From Phycisphaerae bacterium (GTDB taxonomy: Bacteria > Planctomycetota > Phycisphaerae > UBA1845 > Fen-1342): a DNA stretch of 64,000 bases. Below are positions 1-10,129 of this stretch, one piece after another. A program made the position numbers and the translations under genes. Each line of letters begins with the position of its first letter. The stretch's first letter is position 1. The notes beneath the pieces are model-generated. The model was not told the origin of the DNA and searched no databases. It was given only the letters and a program-made list of their open reading frames with translations. The stretch spans positions 32,001 through 96,000 of the forward strand of contig JASFQK010000014.1 of the NCBI GenBank assembly GCA_050115495.1, written 5' to 3'.

Positions 1-131
1 TTGCTCCTTTGCCCCTTCCCCCACAATTCCCGACACACCCCCGCCCGCCACAATTGAATTCCCCCACCCCTCCCCCGTCCTCCCAGCAGAGACCCCGGCG
101 AATGGTTCGACCGGCGGCCAAGGAGAACGCC

Positions 132-332
132 ATGAACACCTACCTGCTGCCCCTGGATTTGGCGGTGCTGAGCTCGAGGCTCTCCCACGCCCTCGGCTGC
201 CGGGTGACGGTGGCCGACGTGCGTGGCATCCTCCGCGGGCTTGGCCTGGTCGAGGGCCCGTTTGGTTGGCTCACCGAAGACGTCCGGCCGCTGATGTTGG
301 CCTGTGTCGAACACGCCCGGGCCTCGGTATGA
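132..332 (+). CDS. small hypothetical protein (66 aa)
   Basis: AGGAG RBS at 121-125 ahead of ATG 132, in frame with the 9..332 ORF; no recognisable motif. Confidence 0.45.
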   Translation: MNTYLLPLDLAVLSSRLSHALGCRVTVADVRGILRGLGLVEGPFGWLTEDVRPLMLACVEHARASV

Positions 333-444
333 CTCCTCCCCTCGCTCCGCCTTTGCCGCGCGGGTCGCCGGTCGCTATGCTCTAAGCGACGTGATCGGCG
401 ACCTGCGTCGGCCTCCCGCCGGCGCCCCAACCTGAGGGCGAAGA

Positions 445-1482
445 ATGCTCACGCGTACCACGTTGCGTCTGCTGTGCACCGCCATTGCGGTGCTGGCTGT
501 CTCGACCGCCGCCGGCGAGGACCGCTGGTGGGACACGGGCCACGCCCACATGACGGCCGGCGCCATCCCTCACCTGCCCCAGCCGTTGCGGGCCTTCTTC
601 GAGGCCAACGCCGAGCGTATCGCCACCTTCTCCGGCGTCGAGCCCGCCGGCAGCCACTGGATCGACATCGACTACTACCCGGAGTTCTTCGCCGGCACGC
701 TGCCCCACGACTACGACGAGCTCGTCGCCCTGTACAACGAGCACATCGTCCAGAACAACGGCACCGCCCCGTGGAACACGGCCTACTACATGGACATCCT
801 GACGACGAACATGGCCGCCGCCGACAACGACTCCCGCTGGCTCGCCCTGCGCGGCCCGATCGCCATCGTCGCCCACTACGTCGAGGACATGCACAATCCG
901 CTGCACATGACCCTCAACTACAACGGCCAGCTCACGGGCAACACCGGCATCCACGCCCGCTACGAGGGCAACATGGTCGTCCGCCATCTCGCCGGCGACC
1001 TGCCCATCACGCCGAACCCCACTTCCTGCCATTACCTGCCCTGGATCGTCGACAGCATCTTCGACGAGATCGACGTCAACTACTGGTACGTCAACGACAT
1101 CATGGCCGCCGACGACCTCGCCCGCGCCGCCGATCCCTCTTACGGCGAGACCTACTACGACGTCCTCTGGGCCGAGACCGGCGGCTTCACGCACCAGCTC
1201 TTCCAGGATGCCTCCGAGATGGTCGCCTGTGCCTGGTACACCGCCTGGATCGACGCCGGCGCCCCCATGCCGCTACCGGCTCCGTTCACCCGCGGCGACG
1301 TCAACTGCGACGGTGTCGTGAACAACTTCGACATCCCGCCCTTCGTCATGGCGTTGACCGACCCCGACGGCTACCAAGCCGCCTACCCCGCCTGTGGCCA
1401 CATGCTCGCCGACGTGGACGCCGACGGCCTCGTCACCAACTTCGACGTCGCCCCGTTCCTCGCCCTCCTAACCGGCGACTAG
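445..1482 (+). CDS. secreted S1/P1 nuclease / Zn-dependent phospholipase C-fold protein with C-terminal dockerin-like domain
   Basis: Signal peptide, then WWDTGH (WGxxGH-like), HWIDID, HYVEDMHNPLH and IHARYE zinc-ligand motifs; tail GDVNCDGVVNNFDIPPF...ADVDADGLVTNFDVAPF. Confidence 0.8.
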   Translation: MLTRTTLRLLCTAIAVLAVSTAAGEDRWWDTGHAHMTAGAIPHLPQPLRAFFEANAERIATFSGVEPAGSHWIDIDYYPEFFAGTLPHDYDELVALYNEHIVQNNGTAPWNTAYYMDILTTNMAAADNDSRWLALRGPIAIVAHYVEDMHNPLHMTLNYNGQLTGNTGIHARYEGNMVVRHLAGDLPITPNPTSCHYLPWIVDSIFDEIDVNYWYVNDIMAADDLARAADPSYGETYYDVLWAETGGFTHQLFQDASEMVACAWYTAWIDAGAPMPLPAPFTRGDVNCDGVVNNFDIPPFVMALTDPDGYQAAYPACGHMLADVDADGLVTNFDVAPFLALLTGD

Positions 1483-1510
1483 TCCGAACGGTAGGTCGGG
1501 TCCAACGCCG

Positions 1511-1620
1511 AAAACGGGGACTGGCTCCGCCCCAACAACTTCGGTCTTTGCGACAACCCTCCGCCCGGAGAACTCGCCTTTCCGTCACAACCGTCCGCCG
1601 GCGGTGCCTGTCCCCTTTTT
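1511..1620. repeat. REP-like element family C (GGGGACTGGCTCCG...GGTGCCTGTCCCCT)
   Basis: Paired imperfect inverted arms; further copies at 11644-11720 and, degenerate, at 12621-12696. Confidence 0.75.
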
Positions 1621-2149
1621 CGGCGCGCCAGCAACGCCCCCTCTGCCGCGTCATCCGCCATTCGAGTGTCGTTTCCGCCACAAGCAACCGGCGGCCACAG
1701 ACTGCACCACACTCGCTCGCCAGGAAATCACGCCAGACTTAATCCGATTTCCGCCCCTCAATCATCAAACGCTAATCCAACCCGCTTACATACCCCTCTC
1801 AAGATGTAGATAGTGTCTGGCTACCGTGCCTGAGACATGCCGTCGCACGCGTAGCGAGGGGAGTGATACCGGGAGGCGTCCTCACACCCCACCTGACACG
1901 AATCTCCTGCCGTTTACCGGAGGAGCAGTGGCTCTACACCGCACGCCGGTAGTGCGGTTGTCTCGCCACAGTCTGATGAGAGAGGCTTGGGCGCTGGAGG
2001 TGCCCACGAGAGAGGAAGGAGGCTACGCACAAGGTCTGAGTCTGGAGGAGGACTATTCGAGTCCTGTAGTGTTTGTTTGTCTGCTTACCTGGCGACCGGC
2101 GGAATCAAGCAGTTCAGCGCCGGCTCCGCCACGGAGGATGGAGTCAGAA

Positions 2150-3007
2150 ATGAAGAGAAGTATCTTTGCAGCAGTCTGCGTCGCCCTGTTCGCCGCCACG
2201 ACCTTCGGCGACATCATCGAAACCGGCAGCGTCCACTGGGACAGCGCCTCGATCGTGTACATCGGCTACGACGACGATGGCAGCATCGTCATCAATGATG
2301 ATAGCGACCTCGTCGGGATGGCAAACGCCTATCTCGGCCGCACCACCAGCCCCATCACCGCCGAACTGACCGTCACCGGCGCCGGCTCAACCTACAGCGG
2401 CGGCGTGTTGCAGGTCAGCTACTACTCGTTCACCCACGGCGTGCTGAATGTCACCGATGGCGGCAGTGTCGCCATCGCCAGCGCGGTTTTCGGCGCCGGT
2501 ACCGGCACCGACACCACCGTGAACATCACCGGCGGCGGCACAGTGACGGCCACCGGGGCCGTGAACATCGGCCGGGAGAGGAACTGCACGACCAATGTCC
2601 TGGTCAGCGGCGCCGGCTCGCTTCTGGATACGCCCACTCGCTTCATGATCGTCGGCTCGACCACCGCCACCGACACCGTCCTGACCGTCGAGAACGGCGG
2701 CCTGGTTCGCGCCAGGTCCCTGTACGTCTACGGCAACAACTACATCCGCGTCGGTCTCGGCGGCATGGTCGCCATGCTCGGCGACGTCGACAACTACGAC
2801 GACTTCGCCGCGCTCATGGGCGGCGATGAGACGATGTATTACTGGTCTTCCAGCGCCAACGACTGGGCGAACCTCGCCGACGCCACCCTCGGCGTCGACT
2901 ACACGCTGACGGTCGACGGCGGCTTCACGACCCTGACGGTCGTTCCCGAGCCGACGACGCTGGGCCTGCTGCTCGCAGCCGGCCTCGCCCTGCTCCGCCG
3001 TCGCTAG
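2150..3007 (+). CDS. PEP-CTERM sorting domain protein with beta-strand (passenger-like) repeats
   Basis: Signal peptide MKRSIFAAVC...; repeats such as LTVTGAGS / LVSGAGS / LTVENGG; ends VPEPTTLGLLLAAGLALLRRR. Confidence 0.9.
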   Translation: MKRSIFAAVCVALFAATTFGDIIETGSVHWDSASIVYIGYDDDGSIVINDDSDLVGMANAYLGRTTSPITAELTVTGAGSTYSGGVLQVSYYSFTHGVLNVTDGGSVAIASAVFGAGTGTDTTVNITGGGTVTATGAVNIGRERNCTTNVLVSGAGSLLDTPTRFMIVGSTTATDTVLTVENGGLVRARSLYVYGNNYIRVGLGGMVAMLGDVDNYDDFAALMGGDETMYYWSSSANDWANLADATLGVDYTLTVDGGFTTLTVVPEPTTLGLLLAAGLALLRRR

Positions 3008-3120
3008 GCCGCAGCGCTGCCCCTTCCTCAAACGTTGTGACGTGCCATTCGCAGGGGGCGGCTCCCCACCGGAGCCGCCCCGTGCGTCGGCTGTCGTTCG
3101 CCGCGCCAGCAACGCCCACC

Positions 3121-3148
3121 GTAGCGGCCGACCTCCGTGTCGGCCGTC
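3121..3148 (+). repeat. GTAG-type REP hairpin, family B
   Basis: GTAG-CGGCCGAC-CTCCGT-GTCGGCCG; copies or variants at 15904-15931, 15959-15987, ~20494-20523, 24410-24438, ~35555-35582, ~35795-35823, ~35851-35878 and ~52877-52903. Confidence 0.8.
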
Positions 3149-3202
3149 GTCTGTCGACCAGCGCTGACTCCGCCAACCCACCCCCCGACCGCAGTGCCCC
3201 CC

Positions 3203-3239
3203 TGCCTCGGTACCCTGAGCGCAGTCGAAGGGGTTGCCT
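3203..3239 (+). repeat. REP-like family D (CCCTGAGCGCAGTCGAAGGG)
   Basis: Near-identical copy at 7023-7059 and core copy at 8250-8269. Confidence 0.75.
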
Positions 3240-3254
3240 TCTTCCCTTCCCCCC

Positions 3255-6131
3255 TCACCCCACAACGATCGTCCGTCCATCCGCCAACGTCCACGCCCGC
3301 GCCGCCGCCACCGATCCCCCCTGCCGGAACCACCGGAACAACCGCACGTGCATCGCGTACGCCTCGCGCCGATCCAGCGCCCGCCGTGCCGCCTCGCTCA
3401 GCACCGGCGGCGTCGGATTCGCGCACACCCGTTGCATCGCGGCTGCCAGGTTCGCCACCACCTGCGGATGCTCCCGCCGCACGTACTGCCCGACATTGTC
3501 GGCGTCCACGTTGGCGATCGTCTCGTATACCGCCGGCACGAGCTGCGCCCCCACCATCGGCAGTACGTCCCGCGCCGACCCCACATCCGTCGCCACAATC
3601 CGCAAGCCCATGTACAGCGCCTCGGCCAGCGCCAGGCTCCACCCCTCCCAGAACGACGGCAGCACAAACGCATCCGCCGCCGCGTAGTAGCTCGCCACAT
3701 CGTCCGCGTACTCGGCGAAGATCACCGCCCCCTCGACATCGCCCCGCCGCATCTCCGCCCGAATCTCCTCCAGGTAATCCTCCTCCATCGCCTGCCCGAG
3801 GAAGACCACCTTCGCCGCCGGGTGAGCGCGCCGCACTTCGGCCAACGCCGCCACCACCAGCTTCTGCCCCTTGTCCCGGTAAATCGAACCTACGTTCAGG
3901 AAGGCGAAATCACCGTCGGCCAGGCCCAGTTTCGCCCGCACCCGCCGCCGCGCCGCCTCCCGGTCCGCCAGCGCCAGCCGCTCCGTGTCGATCCCGTTCG
4001 GCACGATGAGCATCCGCCGCACGTCGAGCCCGAGCCGCAGATCGCTGTACAGCGCCGTATTCCCCGACGTGCACAGGTACGCCGTCGTCGCCGCATCTGC
4101 CGCCCGGAACGCCGCCTGCTTCGCCGCCGGCAGCGACACATAGCTCGTATGCACCGTCTGCACGAACGGCAGCCCCATCTCCCGCGCGATGTCCGCTCCG
4201 AACGGCGTGAAATGCGCGTTGACCAATTCGATCCGCTCGTTGCTCAGCAGCCGCCGATACGCCGCCTCCCGCCCCGTCTCCGGCAACGAGAGAATCTCCA
4301 ACCCGAGCGCCCGTGCCTGCTGCACCGCGTGTCCCCGCCGACCTAGTACCAGCAACCGCGGCTCGAACCCCTCCTCGCGGAGAGTTTTCGCCACATCGAG
4401 CACCACCTGCTCGTAACCCCCCTGCACAAAGTGCTCCGCCTGCAACAGCACCCGCCGCCGACTACCCGGCACATCAAACGGCTCAGGAAGCTGCCGCCTC
4501 CGCTGCTCCGCCGGCACCGTCTCCTCATAGGACCCGCGGCTCCGCGCGAACGCCACCGCCAGGTCAAACAACGTCTGTCCCGGCGGCGACCGGAACACCG
4601 CCCGGTGCAGCAGCTTCAACCGCTCGACCACCTCGATCTGCCCCGCGAAACAGACGTCCACGAGCCCGCGCAATTCCCGCCGGCACAGATACGGCGACAA
4701 CGTCCGCTCATCGAACCACGCCGCTACGCACGCCCCCGCCGGCCGCGGCCGCTCGGCCAGCGCCGCGAGGCTATCCGCATGCACCAGCACCAGCGGCCGC
4801 TCGCCTTCCGCCGCCTCCATCCGCTCCAGCCGGCGAATCTCGTCTCCCGTCGTATCCACCTTCGCCAGCCACCGTCTTGTCCGCTCGTCGGCGTAGATCA
4901 CCGCCGGCTGTACCAGCGCCTCCCGCCGCCGCCGATCGCACGCCATCAGCCGCTGCACGCCTTCCAGGATGCGCAGCTCCACCGCCCGCGCGCTCAGCGT
5001 GTTATCGTGCACCCGGTACTGGTACACGCACTCGTCCGTATCCAGATGCGCGATCTCCACCAGCGAGTTCATCCGCATCCAGTAGTCGTAATCCTCCAGT
5101 CCCATTGTCGGTGTGTACTCCCCCGCCAGGCACCCCGCCCAGTCGCGGTACACGAACGCCGGCCCGATGAAGTTATCTTCGACCGTGTTCAACGGCGTCG
5201 GATCGTGCGGCAGGTGAATCGCCGGACTGTCCGCCACCGGCCGATTGTGCGGGCGGAACGATGGATCGTGCAGCGGCGCCCCGCGATCGTCGATCGCCAG
5301 GTAATTCCCGTAGACCATCGCCGTCTGCGGATGCCGCCGCAAATAGTCCACTTCGAGCGAAAGCTGCGACGGTTCCATCAGATTGTCGGCGGACGTCCAG
5401 CAACGGTACTGCCCGCTGGCGAATTCGAACCCGTTACTCAACGCTTTCGGCAGCCGCTGGTTCCGCTGTCGTAGCACGCGCACCCGCGGATCATCGACGT
5501 ACCGGGCGAGCACCGTCGCCACGTCGTCCGTCGATCCGTCGTCGAGCACGATCAACTCGAACTCGCCGTACGTCTGTTTCAGCACGCTCTCGATCGCGTC
5601 GCCCAGCAGGTTCGCCTGGTTGTAAACCGGCAGCACAACGCTCACCAGCCCCGGCGTTTCGACGTTCGGATCCTCACCCGGCCGGATGCGCGTCCGTTGC
5701 CGCTTGCCGCCCCGTTTCACCGCCGCCAGCCAGTCGTCCGGCCGCGTCCCCCGCCACCGCAACGGCCGCAGCACCGCCCGCCCGCCCGCCTGTAACAAGG
5801 CCCCCACGCCCTGTCGCGAGTGATAGCGCACCCGCCGCAGCTTATGCACCACCCACCGCGCCGCCGCCTCCCGCCGGCTCCCTCGCGGAAACGCAGTATG
5901 CCGAACGCGATACAGGACTTGCAGCAGCTTCCACCCCGTACCACCGGTGATCTCGCTCAGTTGCCCGCGCAGCACTTCCGCCTCATTGGCCCGCTCGTCG
6001 ACCTGCCGTTGCAGCCGCTCCACCTCCGCGCGCAATTCCTGCACCCGGTCGCGCAGCGCCTCGACCTCACGCGCCGTCGGCGATACCTCGCCGGCCTCCA
6101 ACTCGACCTGCTCTGTCGGCATCTCGTCCAC
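3255..6131 (-). CDS. bifunctional glycosyltransferase (N-terminal coiled coil + GT2 + GT4)
   Basis: VSVVLPVYN...ELIVLDDGSTD...TSADN (GT2); C-terminal NGID, KGQ and FVLPSFWEGWSLALAEA (GT4/GT-B). Confidence 0.9.
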   Translation of the reverse strand: MDEMPTEQVELEAGEVSPTAREVEALRDRVQELRAEVERLQRQVDERANEAEVLRGQLSEITGGTGWKLLQVLYRVRHTAFPRGSRREAAARWVVHKLRRVRYHSRQGVGALLQAGGRAVLRPLRWRGTRPDDWLAAVKRGGKRQRTRIRPGEDPNVETPGLVSVVLPVYNQANLLGDAIESVLKQTYGEFELIVLDDGSTDDVATVLARYVDDPRVRVLRQRNQRLPKALSNGFEFASGQYRCWTSADNLMEPSQLSLEVDYLRRHPQTAMVYGNYLAIDDRGAPLHDPSFRPHNRPVADSPAIHLPHDPTPLNTVEDNFIGPAFVYRDWAGCLAGEYTPTMGLEDYDYWMRMNSLVEIAHLDTDECVYQYRVHDNTLSARAVELRILEGVQRLMACDRRRREALVQPAVIYADERTRRWLAKVDTTGDEIRRLERMEAAEGERPLVLVHADSLAALAERPRPAGACVAAWFDERTLSPYLCRRELRGLVDVCFAGQIEVVERLKLLHRAVFRSPPGQTLFDLAVAFARSRGSYEETVPAEQRRRQLPEPFDVPGSRRRVLLQAEHFVQGGYEQVVLDVAKTLREEGFEPRLLVLGRRGHAVQQARALGLEILSLPETGREAAYRRLLSNERIELVNAHFTPFGADIAREMGLPFVQTVHTSYVSLPAAKQAAFRAADAATTAYLCTSGNTALYSDLRLGLDVRRMLIVPNGIDTERLALADREAARRRVRAKLGLADGDFAFLNVGSIYRDKGQKLVVAALAEVRRAHPAAKVVFLGQAMEEDYLEEIRAEMRRGDVEGAVIFAEYADDVASYYAAADAFVLPSFWEGWSLALAEALYMGLRIVATDVGSARDVLPMVGAQLVPAVYETIANVDADNVGQYVRREHPQVVANLAAAMQRVCANPTPPVLSEAARRALDRREAYAMHVRLFRWFRQGGSVAAARAWTLADGRTIVVG

Positions 6132-6359
6132 GAACCAGCCTCATCCACCCAGCATACTACCCGGCACCACGCCGTGCCCCGCACTATAGCCGCTACGAAC
6201 CCCCCGCTAAAGCACCCCCAGCCACCTCCAGCGCAGTCCGCCAAGGCGGCTCGCGCATGTGAGTTGTCGTGAGTCGGTCCGCGTGGGCCGGGCGTCCGAG
6301 CTTGTGACGCGATCCTCAACACTGGGTGGGGCAGGCGTCTCGCCTGCCGTCTTTGCCGA

Positions 6360-6857
6360 TCACGGCGGCGTGGGCGGCTCCCCCCGCGGATCATGACGCA
6401 GCGCCTGCCCGACCACCACCGCCGGCGTCTGCGTCGTGTCCAGTTCGAACGCCAGCGTCACACCCTTCCAGTACAGCGCCGGCGGCTGGCTCAGCATGAT
6501 CCCCGACTCCGGCGTCGGGCACCGCTCCCAGTAAATGAACGACAGCGTCGGGTCCGGCCAGCTTCCTTGCTCGACCGCCACGACGTCGTACCGCGCTACC
6601 CGCCACGTGTACTCCCAGTCGCCGCGTGTCTTCTTCCAGAACGCATCGCAGCTCCGGCACAGCGCCACCACCCGCGTATCCCCCGCCGCCACGGAGCCCT
6701 CGTACGGCAGCTCGTCGGCCAGCACCACGTTCACTTTCGGCAGCGGTCCCGGCGGCCGCGGCGGCCCACTGGAATAGCACCCGCCAGCCGCCACCAACGC
6801 GCCCACAACCAGCAACACCGCCAGCCGCTTCTGTCCGTTCAGAGACCCGCCGCGCAT
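6360..6857 (-). CDS. hypothetical lipoprotein
   Basis: Hydrophobic signal ending LVAAGGC; GGAGG upstream; start uncertain. Confidence 0.55.
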   Translation of the reverse strand: MRGGSLNGQKRLAVLLVVGALVAAGGCYSSGPPRPPGPLPKVNVVLADELPYEGSVAAGDTRVVALCRSCDAFWKKTRGDWEYTWRVARYDVVAVEQGSWPDPTLSFIYWERCPTPESGIMLSQPPALYWKGVTLAFELDTTQTPAVVVGQALRHDPRGEPPTPP

Positions 6858-7153
6858 CACCATCCTCCCACACTGTCGCCACCCCCGGCTCCACCGTTGG
6901 ACGCCCAACTCCCCCACCAGTTCCCGAGCCGGAGTCACCCCAATTGTAGGGCGGGCTCAGCCCGCCGACCGCTCCACCGCCCAAGCACGCCACTTCACTC
7001 AGAACCCGCCCGCTCGCCTCTTTGCCTCGTTACCTTGAGCGTAGTCGAAGGGGTTACCTCGTTACCTGCCCCACCTCTCCACCACCCAGTCCCACGCCAC
7101 CCACAACAACAGCCCGATCCCCCCGCACCAGTCCCGCAGCATGCTGACCGACG

Positions 7154-7555
7154 TCATCTCTGCTTCTCCGCTCCCTCCTCCCGAGTAAGCTCCGTCGCCT
7201 GCACCGCAATTCGCCGCGCCGCCGCCCGCCGTTCCTCCTCGCCGGCCTTCGCCTCGGCCTCGCGCTGCTCCCGGATCCGCTTCCCCTCGGCGATCGCCCG
7301 CAACTCCGCCTCCGCCGCAAGCTTGATCGCCACCCGGCGCCTGGCCTCCGCCTCCGGCGTCCACGGCAGCAACAGCGCCGCGATCAGCCCGATCGGCCCG
7401 AACAGCACACAGAGCCACGTGCAGGCCGGCCCGCGACCGGTCAGATTGTCCAGCCAGTTGCCGACAATCAACCATCCGACAATCCAGCCAACGCCCGCGA
7501 ACACGACCAACAGCACAATCGTCTGGATGTCCCGCGCCTCGCTTGCGATACACAC
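7154..7555 (-). CDS. small membrane protein with C-terminal coiled coil
   Basis: Two hydrophobic segments (LFGPIGLIAALLLP) followed by a charged helical tail. Confidence 0.6.
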   Translation of the reverse strand: MCIASEARDIQTIVLLVVFAGVGWIVGWLIVGNWLDNLTGRGPACTWLCVLFGPIGLIAALLLPWTPEAEARRRVAIKLAAEAELRAIAEGKRIREQREAEAKAGEEERRAAARRIAVQATELTREEGAEKQR

Positions 7556-7608
7556 GGCTCATCTCCCTGCCCCGGGTGCCATTGGTGGCTCGCCCACCAG
7601 TCCCCACC

Positions 7609-8121
7609 TCACATCCCAAACCGCGGCCGCGTCTGCACCTGCACGTATACGATCCTCCGCGCCTCCGCCGGCAGCATCAGCACCGACCCGCCCAGCATGC
7701 GCTTTTCCCGCGGCTGCAGTTGCTCGCCCCATAGATGATCCGTCGCCACCTCAAACTCGTGCTCGTCCAGCAACCGCACGTGCAGATCCGCGGTCACCAT
7801 TGCGTCCGTGACGTTGGTGACCTCCATCCGCCAGGAGACACGATAGACGTTGGGGTTGTCGTCCAATACGACGAACGTTGGATCGCTCCCCTCTACAAGA
7901 CTGCGCGACACCGTCATCGGCACGTGATCCGGGGCCGCCGATGGCTCATCCAACAACTGCGCCAACAACTCGAGCTCGTGCTGATACTCTCGCCCCTCTT
8001 CCACCCCGGCCGCATGCCCCACGTGCCAGCAGATGTACCCCGTCAGTGACAGCAGCGCTCCGATGACCAGAATCCACCGCCAGCGCCGCCACACCCAAAA
8101 TCGCAGGAAATCCACGTCCAT
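7609..8121 (-). CDS. hypothetical membrane-anchored protein with beta-sandwich-like C-terminal domain
   Basis: N-terminal TM helix; VSWRMEVTN...VRLLDEHEFEV...LQPREK pattern. Confidence 0.55.
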   Translation of the reverse strand: MDVDFLRFWVWRRWRWILVIGALLSLTGYICWHVGHAAGVEEGREYQHELELLAQLLDEPSAAPDHVPMTVSRSLVEGSDPTFVVLDDNPNVYRVSWRMEVTNVTDAMVTADLHVRLLDEHEFEVATDHLWGEQLQPREKRMLGGSVLMLPAEARRIVYVQVQTRPRFGM

Positions 8122-8394
8122 CCGTCACCCCGTCGGCGCATAATGTGGCATCACCAGCGGTCGGCGGCTCTGCCACGGAGGGTCACATCATGCACGTGTA
8201 CCGCGCCCAGGCCCATCAGTCCATCCCCACTGCCGAGACGGTCCTCGAGCCCTGAGCGCAGTCGAGGGGGTTGTTTTTTCAACACAACGGCCCCCGTCGT
8301 CGGCGTCACCCTCCGGCCGGACGCTGCCTCTCTGGAGGGGTTCACCTTGACGGGGGCCGAGCGTGCTCCGCCCATCGCTATATCCTTGTCGGCG

Positions 8395-8610
8395 TTACGG
8401 CAGGCGAGCCCTACCTCGCCCTGAATCCTCGTGTGCGATGCCCAGAATCAGCGCCACCCCCACCGCCAGCATGGCCAGCAGCGTGTCTTCCTTGACGGCC
8501 AGACCCACCTCCGCCGCGTACGCCGTCACGACCGTCGCCACCGCCACCTGCACCTTCCGACTCGCCAGCGGCCACAGCCACCGACGCCAGCCCGTCACCT
8601 TCGGCTCCAT
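8395..8610 (-). CDS. putative small 2-TM holin-like protein
   Basis: 71 aa; LASRKVQVAV followed by two hydrophobic helices and a basic tail; last gene of the head operon. Confidence 0.5.
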   Translation of the reverse strand: MEPKVTGWRRWLWPLASRKVQVAVATVVTAYAAEVGLAVKEDTLLAMLAVGVALILGIAHEDSGRGRARLP

Positions 8611-8624
8611 CGCGTTCTCCCGTT

Positions 8625-9110
8625 TCAATCCTGCCGCACCGAAGTAGCCGCCTCTTCGGCGACGCACTTCCCCGCCTCGGCGGCGACGCCCTCACGCACC
8701 CGATCCACACGCCGCAGCACGTCCTTCAGCAGCAGGTCCACCACCGCCTGGTCGCTGGCCAGCTTCGCATCGACGCCAACTACGCGCAGCGCCCGCGCTC
8801 GCTCATGCTGCACCGTCCAGAACTCCAGCAGGTCCCGCTCGTTCCACGCCGCACTTAGCGCCGCCTGACCGGCCGCCCCTATCGGCGTACCGGCCTCGGC
8901 GAGCCGCGCGACCAGATCGCGGAACAGCAGCACGCGCAGCGCTTCCTGCTGCTGTTCGAAGACGGCCTGCGACACTTCGTCCGCCCGCTGCTGCGCCGCC
9001 ATGGCGATGCGCAACGACTCGCGCGTGCACCCGCCGGCCAGCCCGCCGAGCAGAACCAGAACCACCAGCAATCCGCCGGCACCGCACCTCGACCGCTCGC
9101 ATCGGTTCAT
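8625..9110 (-). CDS. helical lipoprotein in phage-derived operon (spanin-like candidate)
   Basis: LLVVLVLLGGLAGGC lipobox; alpha-helical body; ATGA overlap with upstream gene. Confidence 0.6.
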   Translation of the reverse strand: MNRCERSRCGAGGLLVVLVLLGGLAGGCTRESLRIAMAAQQRADEVSQAVFEQQQEALRVLLFRDLVARLAEAGTPIGAAGQAALSAAWNERDLLEFWTVQHERARALRVVGVDAKLASDQAVVDLLLKDVLRRVDRVREGVAAEAGKCVAEEAATSVRQD

Positions 9111-9421
9111 CCCACACCTCCCACCAGGCTCAGCAACCGCACGGCGCACACCACACCGTCGCGCCACTTCTCCGCCGCCACCGCTTCCGCCAGCCGCTGG
9201 GCCGTATCCCGCACCTCTTCGTGCGCAAGCCACCCTCCGGCCGGCGTATCCCGCGGCAGCTCCGCCGTCGTGTAATCCCGTGTCGTCGGCGTCTGCGCCG
9301 CCTGCCACCGCTGCCCCTCAATGAGCAGCGCATCGATCACATGCCGCGCCGCCGTCACGAACGCCCGCGCCGTCCCCGCGTCCACATTCTTCACCAACGT
9401 CTCAAGATCCATCACCGCCAT
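9107..9421 (-). CDS. hypothetical protein in phage-derived operon
   Basis: Clean ORF with GGAGG RBS; hydrophobic C-terminus; coupled to the next gene. Confidence 0.65.
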   Translation of the reverse strand: MAVMDLETLVKNVDAGTARAFVTAARHVIDALLIEGQRWQAAQTPTTRDYTTAELPRDTPAGGWLAHEEVRDTAQRLAEAVAAEKWRDGVVCAVRLLSLVGGVG

Positions 9422-9440
9422 CCTCCGCCGAAAACGCCGC

Positions 9441-9476
9441 CCCTATGTCCCTTTGTTCCTTGACCCCTTTGCCCCT
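9441..9476. repeat. octamer short tandem repeat (TTGYYCCT / AGGRRCAA family)
   Basis: ATGTCCCT-TTGTTCCT-TGACCCCT-TTGCCCCT; same family at 1-16 and 15821-15860. Confidence 0.65.
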
Positions 9477-9481
9477 CCCAC

Positions 9482-9769
9482 CTAGACCAGCTCCAGATTC
9501 TCCACCTGCCTCGACAACCGCCCAAACCACTCCATCTCCGTCTGCCGATGCGAGCGCAGCTCTTCACGCAGCGCGACCAGCGCCTCCGTGTTATGCCGAA
9601 TCACGTCCAGCAGGTGATCGTTCAGCTCCACCACCTGGCTCGCCCGGCTGACCGCTTCACGCAGCGTGGTGGCCCCGCGCATCCGTTCCTGTCGCTCGAT
9701 CCACCACATGACGAAGAGCAATCCCGCCACGCCCAGCGACGGCAAATGTGCCAGAACGTCGCTGAGCAT
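9482..9769 (-). CDS. single-TM coiled-coil protein (BhlA/XhlA holin-like or i-spanin-like)
   Basis: N-terminal TM (LGVAGLLFVMWWI) then heptad-rich LLDVIRHNTEALVALREEL; TGATG overlap with upstream gene. Confidence 0.6.
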   Translation of the reverse strand: MLSDVLAHLPSLGVAGLLFVMWWIERQERMRGATTLREAVSRASQVVELNDHLLDVIRHNTEALVALREELRSHRQTEMEWFGRLSRQVENLELV

Positions 9770-10095
9770 CAGTCCACCAGCTCATACCAGACCGTGATCG
9801 TGTGCGCGCCGCTCGGCAGACCGAACGAATCCGTCAGCGCCAGCGCCTTGCCCCGGTCGGCGGACAGCCCGTAGCGCCGCCCGAACACGAGGTCGAGCGT
9901 GGTGTTCGCGGCCATCTGCATGTTCTTCAGCACGTCGCGCTCGTCGGGCCCGCTTGGGTCGCTGAGCAGCTTGAACGTCCCGCTCCCGCCCGTCGCCACG
10001 CACACCCGGGTGACCACGATGATCTTCCCCGGCACGCCCGGCACGAGCGTTTCCCTGAGCCTCGAACTCAAGTATTCGGCCATGAATACGGCCAT
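9769..10095 (-). CDS. small beta-rich putative virion structural protein
   Basis: GAAGGAG RBS; alternating beta pattern (LVPGVPGKIIVVTRVCV...GKALAL...TITVWYELV); follows the gp36-like gene. Confidence 0.6.
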   Translation of the reverse strand: MAVFMAEYLSSRLRETLVPGVPGKIIVVTRVCVATGGSGTFKLLSDPSGPDERDVLKNMQMAANTTLDLVFGRRYGLSADRGKALALTDSFGLPSGAHTITVWYELVD

Positions 10096-10129
10096 CGTCC
10101 GTTCTCCTTCCTGCGGGCCGGGGCGTCGC

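Noticed and set aside
1826..2149. Long N-terminal extensions in the ORF track (also 31873, 35783, 42804, 52955, 56659, 59322)
   Set aside because: Downstream starts have RBSs, signal peptides or family-typical N-termini; the extensions run through intergenic, repeat or neighbouring-gene DNA
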